NCBI GenBank assembly: GCA_029560465.1
Contig: JAKQKX010000016.1
Span: 71,178 to 135,177 of the forward strand
DNA: 64,000 nt
Origin: Candidatus Omnitrophota bacterium
GTDB taxonomy: Bacteria > Omnitrophota > Gorgyraeia > Zapsychrales > JANLHA01
Direction: 5' to 3'
Of the stretch, positions 1 through 7,752 are shown piece by piece. Position 1 is the first letter of the stretch, and every line of letters starts with the position of its first letter. Below the pieces are notes generated by a model. It did not search any database, was not told the origin of the DNA, and saw only the letters and a list, made by a program, of their open reading frames with translations. The translations under genes were made by a program, and so were the position numbers.

Positions 1-83
1 TAGATATCCGGGTTATGATAAGCTTCTTTGGCTTTCGACGGCAGGACACTAGGTGAAGATTCTTAAATAATGCGGAGGGGTTT

Positions 84-680
84 ATGCCCAAATTCATATT
101 AAAAATTTTATTTTGGGGCGGGTTCATCGGGGCGATGGTAGCGGCCCCGGCTGTTGCGGCAGGAACGTACACGATCGATCACGTTCATTCTAATATTGGG
201 TTTGCGGTCAGGCATATGATGGTGAGCGAGGTCAAGGGCGAATTCACCGATTATGAGGGGACAGTTATATACGATCCCGAGTATGTCGCAGAAACAAAAA
301 TTGATGTTGTGATCCGGGCCAAAAGCATTGACACCCGCCTTCAGCAGCGGGACGATCATTTACGCGCGTCCGAGTTTCTCAAAACGGATGAATTCCCGTT
401 AATCACATTTAAAAGCCGGGGCGTGAACAAAACTGATCAGGGCGTCGTCATTGTCGGGGACCTGACAATCCGGGGCCGGACGAAAACGATTTCGATCCCG
501 GCGCAGATTTCCGGGCCTTACGCTAACCCTCTCGGGGGCGGGGAGGTTATAGGAATCGTCGGGGAAGCTGTTATCAATCGTCAGGATTTTGGCGTGTCCT
601 GGAATAAGGCCATGGATGCGGGCGGGTATGTGGTGGCCGACGACGTTAAACTGATTATCAGCGTGGAAGCAAAGAGGTGA
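84..680 (+). CDS. YceI-like periplasmic protein
   Basis: N-terminal hydrophobic signal peptide; 'HSNIGFAVRHMMVSEVKGEF' core resembles the YceI lipid/polyisoprenoid-binding family; ~190 aa typical size; GGAGG RBS upstream. Confidence 0.6.
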   Translation: MPKFILKILFWGGFIGAMVAAPAVAAGTYTIDHVHSNIGFAVRHMMVSEVKGEFTDYEGTVIYDPEYVAETKIDVVIRAKSIDTRLQQRDDHLRASEFLKTDEFPLITFKSRGVNKTDQGVVIVGDLTIRGRTKTISIPAQISGPYANPLGGGEVIGIVGEAVINRQDFGVSWNKAMDAGGYVVADDVKLIISVEAKR

Positions 681-898
681 TACTTTATTCGATGCTGCCG
701 GATAGCACCGTCTCGAATGCTTGGCCCTGCCCTTTTTTAAGAATTATTCTTGGGAAGACACCTCTGGGGAGGGGAGCTTTTTCGGTTATAATTTAACGCG
801 TGTTTGGGTCTTGCATGAAGGCGGACTCGGAATATTGTTTATCCTTGTCCCGACGGGGCTTAAGCGGCCCATCGCGTGCGCATTAAAGGAGACGGGCG

Positions 899-1423
899 AT
901 GATATTGCAGGAGGTTGTTGTCCGGGGGGAACAGGCGCAGGATATCCCTGGCATCCGCGAAGTGAACCGCCTGGCCTTCGGACAGGCGCAGGAAAGCCGG
1001 ATCGTGGATGTTTTAAGAGACAGTTGTCGCGATATCTTATCGTTGGTCGCTGTTTACCAAGGGCACATTGTTGGACATATCCTTTTCAGTCCCGCTTCGA
1101 TTTCCATGAAAGAACGGACGGTCACCGGAATGGGGCTGGCACCGATGGCGGTGCTCCCGGAGTTCCAGCGGAAGGGCGTGGGGACCACATTGGTGCGGAC
1201 GGGAATATTTTCTTTAAAGGCGAGAACTTGCCCGTTTATTATTGTTTTAGGGCAGCCGCAGTATTATCCGCGTTTTGGATTTAAGAAAGCCAGTATTTAT
1301 CATATCGAAAGTGAATGGAATGTGCCAGATGAGGCGTTCATGATTTTGATTCTTGATGATATCGCCATGAAGGGTGTGCAAGGGACGGCCCGTTACCGTC
1401 CGGAATTTGTTGAAGCCGTGTAG
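899..1423 (+). CDS. GNAT family N-acetyltransferase
   Basis: 174 aa; 'REVNRLAFGQAQESRIVDVL' and 'FQRKGVGTTLV' match the acetyl-CoA-binding Q/RxxGxG/A motif of GNATs. Confidence 0.6.
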   Translation: MILQEVVVRGEQAQDIPGIREVNRLAFGQAQESRIVDVLRDSCRDILSLVAVYQGHIVGHILFSPASISMKERTVTGMGLAPMAVLPEFQRKGVGTTLVRTGIFSLKARTCPFIIVLGQPQYYPRFGFKKASIYHIESEWNVPDEAFMILILDDIAMKGVQGTARYRPEFVEAV

Positions 1424-1570
1424 TCTGTCTTGCCCGGGGAACGCTTGCCTGTAGTAGATGAAATTCGCCTTTGGCCGGCAAAATAATGAGGTATTTCGTT
1501 TAACTATGTTAAAATGAACCAGGCTCTGGCAGAGGAGGAATGCTGCCCAGTGGGGTAAAGGATAGAGGAC

Positions 1571-2290
1571 ATGCAGACAAACCGGCAAAATTTCCGGCTG
1601 ATCCTTTGGATAGGGATTATTTTCTTCCCAGTATTTTTTATACTGGATTGTTTTATTTACGCCGATCATAAATGGGCGCTATTCAGCATCCGGGCGGCTA
1701 TCGTTATGTTCCTTTCCGTAATGCTTGTCGTTGTCAACCGGGTCCGGGACAAGGTCGCGGTGGGCCTGATTAATGTTTCCTTTGTGATCGCGGCTTTTTC
1801 CATCTCTTTTATGTGTTACATTACCGGGGAAGGGGCCCGGTCGCCTTATTACGCCGGGCTTTTTTTGATTATTATTGCCATTTCCGCTTTGATCAATATG
1901 GCTCCCGGGCATTATTTATATGTCATCTCATTTATTTTGGGGCAGCATTTTCTCCTTATTTCCCTCGCCCCTTTTGATTTGAGAGGAATTCTTTCAAACA
2001 TTTTTTTCCTGGGGTCTTTCTGCGCCATCGGGATTTTGCTGCACTCTTACAATTACAGGATTCTGAACGAGATTAAGAAGTTGAGGGGTTTTTTGCCGAT
2101 ATGCGCCAAGTGCAAGAAAATACGCGATGACAAAGGATATTGGAACCAGATTGAACGATATATTCAGGAGCGGTCAGACGCGGTGTTCTCGCACGGGTTG
2201 TGCCCGGATTGTGCGCAGGAATATTTTAATGAAATCGAGGCCATGGAAAGCCAGCAGCCTGGCTCCCGCAAGGATCATGATAAAGATTGA
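1571..2290 (+). CDS. multi-pass membrane protein with C-terminal Cys-rich zinc-ribbon-like module
   Basis: ~6 predicted TM helices followed by 'LPICAKCKKIRDDKGYWNQIERYIQERSDAVFSHGLCPDCAQEYF' (CxxC...HG.CPxC). Confidence 0.55.
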   Translation: MQTNRQNFRLILWIGIIFFPVFFILDCFIYADHKWALFSIRAAIVMFLSVMLVVVNRVRDKVAVGLINVSFVIAAFSISFMCYITGEGARSPYYAGLFLIIIAISALINMAPGHYLYVISFILGQHFLLISLAPFDLRGILSNIFFLGSFCAIGILLHSYNYRILNEIKKLRGFLPICAKCKKIRDDKGYWNQIERYIQERSDAVFSHGLCPDCAQEYFNEIEAMESQQPGSRKDHDKD

Positions 2291-2645
2291 CACAATTGAG
2301 AATGTCATCGCCCGTGACCGGTGGCGCTACAAAAAGAATGACGGGAAAATTATGTCTGCGGAGATTATTGTAGGAAAACCTTTCCGGATGCGCCATGAAG
2401 AAAAGGAAAGTTGGGTCTGCCCGGTTTTTATCGAAACATTCACCACACGGGTGATCTCCGCCATCGGCGCCGGCCCCGTGGAATCCCTGATGAGCGCCAT
2501 GACACTTGTTAAAGCATTTTTTGATATGTATCAGGACCATTTTATCGAAAGAACCGCGTTAGACCAGAAAATCGGCCCGCAGGCCAAGGCCCAGGTTTCG
2601 CGGCGTAAAGGGCGACCGCCTGCGGGCAAACGGGCAAAGCTGTAA
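2277..2645 (+). CDS. hypothetical protein
   Basis: ORF track gives 2127..2645, but that start overlaps the upstream gene by ~160 nt; the ATG at 2277 overlaps the upstream stop (ATGATAAAGATTGA), suggesting translational coupling; no recognisable family. Confidence 0.35.
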   Translation: MIKIDTIENVIARDRWRYKKNDGKIMSAEIIVGKPFRMRHEEKESWVCPVFIETFTTRVISAIGAGPVESLMSAMTLVKAFFDMYQDHFIERTALDQKIGPQAKAQVSRRKGRPPAGKRAKL

Positions 2646-2658
2646 CCAGGAGGTTTGT

Positions 2659-3504
2659 ATGAAAAGTTTTTCTAAAAGCGAAGCGCTTCGGTATGGCTGG
2701 AAAACAACAAAGGCTCATTTGGGCTTGTTTTTGGGGTTGATACTGCTTTTGGGGCTTCTGCAGTTTGTAACGGACATCACAAACAAGCTGGCCCATCAGC
2801 GGAAAGTTTTTAAAGAGGATTTTTCTGCGGTTGCGGATCATCCCGAGCTTTTATACGCCGATCTGGTGCAGAACGGTTATATCACCCCGGATGGAGTGAT
2901 CCGGGACAAGTTTACCGATATGAACGATGTCCGCAACATGGCCCTGGGCGCGGAGTTCGAGGACAAGAAAATTGAAATTATTCGGGTTTTTCTTAAAGCG
3001 TTGCGGTATGTCCCTCCGTCAAGATATAAATTTTATGGGATCGCGCTGGTGTTATGGATCATCAAATGGATCGCTCAAGTCGGGCTGATTAAAATTTTTC
3101 TTAAAGTTTACGACAACGAACCGGCGTCGGCACGGGAAGTTTTTTCATACGCACATCTTGCGGTTAAATATTTGCTGGCATCGTTGCTGTACAGCTTGAT
3201 TGTGCTGGGCGGGTTATTGCTGCTGGTGGTTCCCGGGGTGATCTGGGGCATGAAATATCAGATGTACGCCCTGTTGATCCTTGACAAGAATCTGGGCATC
3301 AAAGAGGCTTTCAAGAAAAGCGCGGAATTGACCTCTGGGGCGAAACTGTCCCTTTTTGTTTTTATGTTCGTTATAGGCTTCATTAACCTTGGCGGGATTC
3401 TGTGTTTGGTCGTTGGTTTGTTGATAACCGTGCCGGTGACATTGATGGCTTATGTCCATGTTTATCGGTCGTTGCTGTCCCAATCAGAACCTGTTCCGTC
3501 GTGA
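2659..3504 (+). CDS. integral membrane protein (DUF975-like)
   Basis: 281 aa, several hydrophobic helices, no catalytic motifs; weak resemblance to the DUF975 family. Confidence 0.45.
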   Translation: MKSFSKSEALRYGWKTTKAHLGLFLGLILLLGLLQFVTDITNKLAHQRKVFKEDFSAVADHPELLYADLVQNGYITPDGVIRDKFTDMNDVRNMALGAEFEDKKIEIIRVFLKALRYVPPSRYKFYGIALVLWIIKWIAQVGLIKIFLKVYDNEPASAREVFSYAHLAVKYLLASLLYSLIVLGGLLLLVVPGVIWGMKYQMYALLILDKNLGIKEAFKKSAELTSGAKLSLFVFMFVIGFINLGGILCLVVGLLITVPVTLMAYVHVYRSLLSQSEPVPS

Positions 3505-3625
3505 AACCGGAAAGGGGCGGGGGTGTAATTGAGCGCAGATTTTGTAATAGACTTTTCGTGTGCTGAATAATATAGTGAATCGACGCCTGTGATCCGGGGC
3601 GCCGGTTTTTAAAGCAGCCGGTTGA

Positions 3626-4057
3626 TTGCTGGAAGGAGGCCTTTTCATGAAATGCCCGGTATGCCAGGACGTGATGGTTGTCCTTGAGCTGGCTGAAGTG
3701 GAAATTGATCATTGTTTGACCTGCGGGGGAATTTGGCTTGATTCCGGGGAGCTTGAACTGCTCTTGGACAGCGAAACGGACCGGACGGCGGTTTTGCAGT
3801 CTTTCCGTCCGGCGGGCCCTTTGACGGAGAAGGCTCGGCAATGCCCCATATGTTTGAAAGGGATGGAAAAGGTTTTTTGCGCGGGTATCCGGGGCCCCGT
3901 GCGCCTGGATCGCTGCCCGGCGCAACACGGGATATGGTTTGACCCGGAAGAATTGCAGGATGTCCTGGCTGCGGGAAGCGCGGGATTGAACAGCCGGGTT
4001 CTTGATTTGTTGAAGGATATGTTTGGAAACAATCAACCTAAGGAGGAGAGACCATGA
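3626..4057 (+). CDS. double zinc-ribbon protein (zf-TFIIB type)
   Basis: Two copies of 'CPxC...M...E(I/L)D.C..C.GIW(L/F)D.(G/E)EL'; the ATG at 3647 with an upstream GGAAGGAGG is the likelier start. Confidence 0.6.
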   Translation: MLEGGLFMKCPVCQDVMVVLELAEVEIDHCLTCGGIWLDSGELELLLDSETDRTAVLQSFRPAGPLTEKARQCPICLKGMEKVFCAGIRGPVRLDRCPAQHGIWFDPEELQDVLAAGSAGLNSRVLDLLKDMFGNNQPKEERP

Positions 4058-4608
4058 TGCTTGCTTTATTAATTTTTCTGGGCGGCTTATTAATGGTTGT
4101 TTTTTATGTGATTAACACGTATAACGCGTTAGTCGGATTGCGTAACCAGGTTAAGAACGCCTGGTCTCAAATTGACGTTCAACTGAAAAGAAGGCACGAC
4201 CTGATCCCTAACCTTATTGAGACCGCCAAGGGGTACATGAAACATGAACGGGACACCCTGGAGGCTATCGTGAACGCCCGGAGCCAGGCCATGAGCTCCC
4301 AGAGTATCGGGGACAAGGCCAAGGCCGAAGGCCTGCTTAGCGATGCGGTGAGCAAATTTTTCGTGGCTGTGGAGAATTATCCTGATTTAAAAGCGAATCA
4401 GAATTTTCTTGCCCTGCAAGAGGAGCTGACATCGACGGAAAACAAGATCGCTTTCGCGCGCCAGGCGTATAACGATCAGGCACTGTTTTTTAACAATAAA
4501 ATTGAAATGTTCCCCTCGAATATCGTGGCGGGGATACTGAATTTTACGAAACAGGAATTTTTTGAGATACAGGAAGCGGAGAGAGCGGCTCCTAAAGTGC
4601 AGTTTTAA
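4054..4608 (+). CDS. lemA: LemA family protein
   Basis: N-terminal TM helix then 'NALVGLRNQVKNAWSQIDVQLKRRHDLIPNL', the characteristic LemA signature; 4-nt ATGA overlap with the upstream gene. Confidence 0.75.
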   Translation: MMLALLIFLGGLLMVVFYVINTYNALVGLRNQVKNAWSQIDVQLKRRHDLIPNLIETAKGYMKHERDTLEAIVNARSQAMSSQSIGDKAKAEGLLSDAVSKFFVAVENYPDLKANQNFLALQEELTSTENKIAFARQAYNDQALFFNNKIEMFPSNIVAGILNFTKQEFFEIQEAERAAPKVQF

Positions 4609-4619
4609 GAGATTCAATT

Positions 4620-5876
4620 ATGATAATGTGGGAACTTATAAAGGAAAATCAGCGTAAGTCTTGGTTCCTCTTTATGGCCATGGGAGGATGCCTGTTGGCG
4701 CTCGGGTATACAATCGGGGTGGCCTGGGTGCCGCATCAGGACGGCGGGATCCTGGGGATGATGATGGCTGCGCTGTTGTGGTTTGTCCTGTCTCTGATCA
4801 GTTATTTTTCAGGGGATTCCATCTTATTGTCCATGAGCGGGGCCAAAGAGGTGAACCGTCATGTTCACCCGCAGTTATTTAATGTTGTTGAAGAAATGAA
4901 GATCGCCGCGAACCTGCCGGTCATGCCGCGCATTTATATTATCGACAGCCCGGCCCCCAATGCGTTCGCGACCGGACGCAACCCGGAAAAAAGCGCCATT
5001 GCCGTCACCGCCGGCCTGTTGTCCATGCTCAACCGCGATGAGTTGCAGGGCGTTATCGCTCATGAAATGTCTCATGTGATAAACCGGGACGTTCTTTACA
5101 TGACGTTCGCGGGGGTCCTGCTGGGGAGCATTGTGATCCTTTCGGAATCCTTCTGGAGGAGCCAGTACTACTCGGCGAGCTCCAGGCGTTACCGGAGCTC
5201 TTCCCGGGACAATTCCCAGGCGCAAGCGGTGATGATGGTGGTCGCGATCGTGTTTGCGATCCTCGCTCCGATTCTGGCCCGGTTGTTTTATTTTTCTTTA
5301 TCGAGGCGGCGGGAATATCTCGCCGACGCTTCGGCCGTGCGCCTGACCCGTTATCCGGAAGGGCTGGCGTCTGCTTTGGAAAAGATATCCCGTCCGGATA
5401 TTCAACTCGCGAACGCGAACCGGGTTACGGCGTCGATGTACATCATCAATCCCCTGAAAGCATCCTCGCGTAATATGGTTAACGCGTTCAGCACCCATCC
5501 CCCTGTCGAGGAGCGTATTAAAATTTTACGGTCCATGATGAAAGGGGCAAATTATAAACAGTATGCCGAAGCTTTTTCAAAAGTGAAAGGGAACGCGTCG
5601 TTGATGCCTTCGTCGGCTTTGGCGGATTCCGAGAGTGTCCCTCTTCGCCCATCTACCGCCTCGGCGGAGGATCCCCGTTCTTCGAAACAAAAAGCCCGGG
5701 ACTTGGGAGATTTGATGCGGGTTTTGAATAACTATTTGTTTATTTCCTGTGCCTGCGGCCTTGTGATTAAAATCCCCATGGATTTTAACCGGAAGGTTTT
5801 GACCTGTCCTCGTTGCCAACGGGAACATGATCCCCGTTCAGCGCGCCCGGCACCGGCCAGGGTGTCGCCGGGTTGA
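4620..5876 (+). CDS. htpX: HtpX-like M48 zinc metalloprotease with C-terminal zinc ribbon
   Basis: HExxH as 'IAHEMSHV'; TM helices; downstream Glu; ~90-aa C-terminal extension ending 'CACG...CPRCQREHD'; the LemA-HtpX pairing is a common arrangement. Confidence 0.75.
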   Translation: MIMWELIKENQRKSWFLFMAMGGCLLALGYTIGVAWVPHQDGGILGMMMAALLWFVLSLISYFSGDSILLSMSGAKEVNRHVHPQLFNVVEEMKIAANLPVMPRIYIIDSPAPNAFATGRNPEKSAIAVTAGLLSMLNRDELQGVIAHEMSHVINRDVLYMTFAGVLLGSIVILSESFWRSQYYSASSRRYRSSSRDNSQAQAVMMVVAIVFAILAPILARLFYFSLSRRREYLADASAVRLTRYPEGLASALEKISRPDIQLANANRVTASMYIINPLKASSRNMVNAFSTHPPVEERIKILRSMMKGANYKQYAEAFSKVKGNASLMPSSALADSESVPLRPSTASAEDPRSSKQKARDLGDLMRVLNNYLFISCACGLVIKIPMDFNRKVLTCPRCQREHDPRSARPAPARVSPG

Positions 5877-6053
5877 TCTGTCTTGACCTGCCAGCGGGGG
5901 CACTGTTTAGACAAGCAGGAGACAGAACAGTCTTTTAAAGTTTTTTGAGGTGATTATAAAAAGAGGGTCGACAGACGATCCGGATTTTGTTAAAAAAGTT
6001 ATAAGTCGGATGGTCCTGGGCGCTGAATTCCCGTGGTGAGAGGGAGGTCTTTT

Positions 6054-6731
6054 ATGAAAAAACAGTTTTTATGCGTGGCATTTTTGTTGTTCGCGGTTTC
6101 TTGTTCTAAACAGGGATTTTTTAGAGAGGATCCGGAGGCTCCCATGACCTATACGGAAACCCGGTCTATGAGCGAGGCGACGGAAGCCCTTGTCGGTTAT
6201 TTAAGGGAGCATCATCCGGATATCGTCAAGACTTTGAACCCTCCCACCGAACCATTAGCGCTGGATCAGCTTGAAAGGATGGTGGGCCGGAAGCTTCCTC
6301 AGGATTTCCGGGTGTTGTATCTGTCCATGAACGGGCAAAAGCCTGAAGGCCTGCCGGCCTTGCTGAACGGTTATGAATTATTGTCGTTGGAAGACATTGA
6401 AATCAACTGGAAAAGAATGAAGACCGCTCATGCCAACCGGGTGGATTTTCTGACGAAAGGGGCGTCGGACGGCCCTGTGCGGGCTTTCTGGTGGTATCCG
6501 ATGTGGATTCCGTTCGCAAAAACAGCGTACGGCGATTATTATTGCCTGGATCTTTTTCCGGCCCGGGCCGGAAAAATCGGACAGATCATCGAGTATCGAC
6601 AGGACAATGTGCTGAGGCGGCATTTGGGTTATAGCCTCAACGATTTTATCGGTGACTATGAGAAAGGGCTTCGATCGGGAAAGTATTATTGGGACTCGGA
6701 GGAGAAGATGTTTTTGAGGAAGAGCAAATAA
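6054..6731 (+). CDS. SMI1/KNR4 (SUKH superfamily) lipoprotein
   Basis: 'LLFAVSCSKQ' lipobox; 'ALDQLERMVGRKLPQDFRVLYLSMNGQ' and 'YYCLDLF' match SMI1/KNR4 motifs; GGGAGG RBS 5 nt before the ATG at 6054 (ORF track start 6033). Confidence 0.6.
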   Translation: MKKQFLCVAFLLFAVSCSKQGFFREDPEAPMTYTETRSMSEATEALVGYLREHHPDIVKTLNPPTEPLALDQLERMVGRKLPQDFRVLYLSMNGQKPEGLPALLNGYELLSLEDIEINWKRMKTAHANRVDFLTKGASDGPVRAFWWYPMWIPFAKTAYGDYYCLDLFPARAGKIGQIIEYRQDNVLRRHLGYSLNDFIGDYEKGLRSGKYYWDSEEKMFLRKSK

Positions 6732-6759
6732 TATAAAGAAGGGCCCGCGCAAAGCAGGG

Positions 6760-7128
6760 CTATCCCACCCATGGCCCGACGCCGCTCCATATCATTTCAA
6801 TCCATCGGGTGTTTCCTCTGTTATTATCCGACCGGCAACAGATCAGCTTTTTCTTGTCCAAGCCCCCGACAGCATTCAATCGCCGGCCGATTTGTTTGAT
6901 GAGGTCCCTGTCTTTTTGATGGCTGGCCACAACACGTTGATGCGCGGTCTTTTCATCGTTTTCGTCGAGAATGGGCTGCGTTCCCTGTTGCTGAAGTTGA
7001 ATTTTATGGTTGGAACGAAGGTCGACACGAACCAGGCCCAGACCGTTATTCATACCGACGGCGTGACCGAATAATTTTTTAATCCAGGACAGCACGGCAC
7101 GACTCCTTTTAAGGGGTGGCATGAACAA
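6760..7128 (-). CDS. uncertain ORF translationally coupled to the YwqK-like gene
   Basis: Begins 2 nt after the stop of 7130..7528 on the same strand; no recognisable motifs; could be real or a remnant. Confidence 0.2.
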   Translation of the reverse strand: MFMPPLKRSRAVLSWIKKLFGHAVGMNNGLGLVRVDLRSNHKIQLQQQGTQPILDENDEKTAHQRVVASHQKDRDLIKQIGRRLNAVGGLDKKKLICCRSDNNRGNTRWIEMIWSGVGPWVG

Positions 7129-7129
7129 T

Positions 7130-7528
7130 TTAAAATGGCCGGTTTTTAAGAAGGATTTTGCTGGTCAAAAACCATATCATCACGGCGCTGGCCAGAAGAA
7201 TAAACCAGAACAGGGGGGATTTGATGAACCGCATCCCCCCGAAATTCCTTCTTGGTTCCAGCTCGACTTCGCCCTGCCGTTCTCCGTTTTGATAGTAATA
7301 TTCGTGGAGGACATTTCCGTTTTTATCAAAAAATTGTTCAATGCCGTGTTTTTGCCCGGCGACATATGTTACTTGAGATTTTAATTTTCCCGAGGAATAG
7401 TATGTCTTGTGTTTCCCTTCGCGGGGGGGGTGGCTGAACGCCGGCGTGAGGCCGAAGGCCAGAAGCATGAGGGATAATCCCGCGGTTTTCATCAGGCATC
7501 TTTGTTTTTTGAAAATGATGTTGAACAA
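7130..7528 (-). CDS. MORN-repeat / YwqK-family protein (secreted)
   Basis: Signal peptide 'LMKTAGLSLMLLAFGLTPAFS'; 'YYSSGKLKSQVTYVAGQKHGIEQFFDKNGNVLHEYYYQNGERQGE' are MORN-like repeats typical of YwqK family proteins; the only convincing minus-strand gene in the window. Confidence 0.55.
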   Translation of the reverse strand: MFNIIFKKQRCLMKTAGLSLMLLAFGLTPAFSHPPREGKHKTYYSSGKLKSQVTYVAGQKHGIEQFFDKNGNVLHEYYYQNGERQGEVELEPRRNFGGMRFIKSPLFWFILLASAVMIWFLTSKILLKNRPF

Positions 7529-7752
7529 TGTTGCCCCTTGTTTTTTATCGCCGGAAATATAATAAAATATTATATAACAGATAAATTTTGTTTTATAGGA
7601 AGGATTTGAATTTAATATAAGGCCCGTGAATTTATTGTGTTTTTATTTTTGTTCATAAAAAATTCATAATATAATAAAAACTAATACTTTATCCAACTGT
7701 CCCGAAAAGGACGTGTCTATTTATATTCCTTTTTAAAAAGAGAGGTCATTTT
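7529..7752. promoter_or_regulatory. AT-rich divergent intergenic region, probable promoters for the giant gene (+) and the YwqK-like gene (-)
   Basis: ~220 nt of clearly low GC ('ataataaaatattatataacagataaattttgttttatagg...ttcataatataataaaaactaatac') between divergently oriented genes; several TATAAT-like hexamers. Confidence 0.4.

Noticed and set aside
721-1284. 187-aa ORF overlapping the GNAT acetyltransferase gene in another frame
   Set aside because: Gly/Pro/Arg-rich translation typical of an off-frame read through a GC-rich gene. The GNAT frame has clear family motifs.
6892-7074. 60-aa plus-strand ORF in the gap between the SMI1-like and YwqK-like genes
   Set aside because: Short, no start context or motifs, and it overlaps the minus-strand ORF that is at least positionally coupled to the YwqK-like gene.
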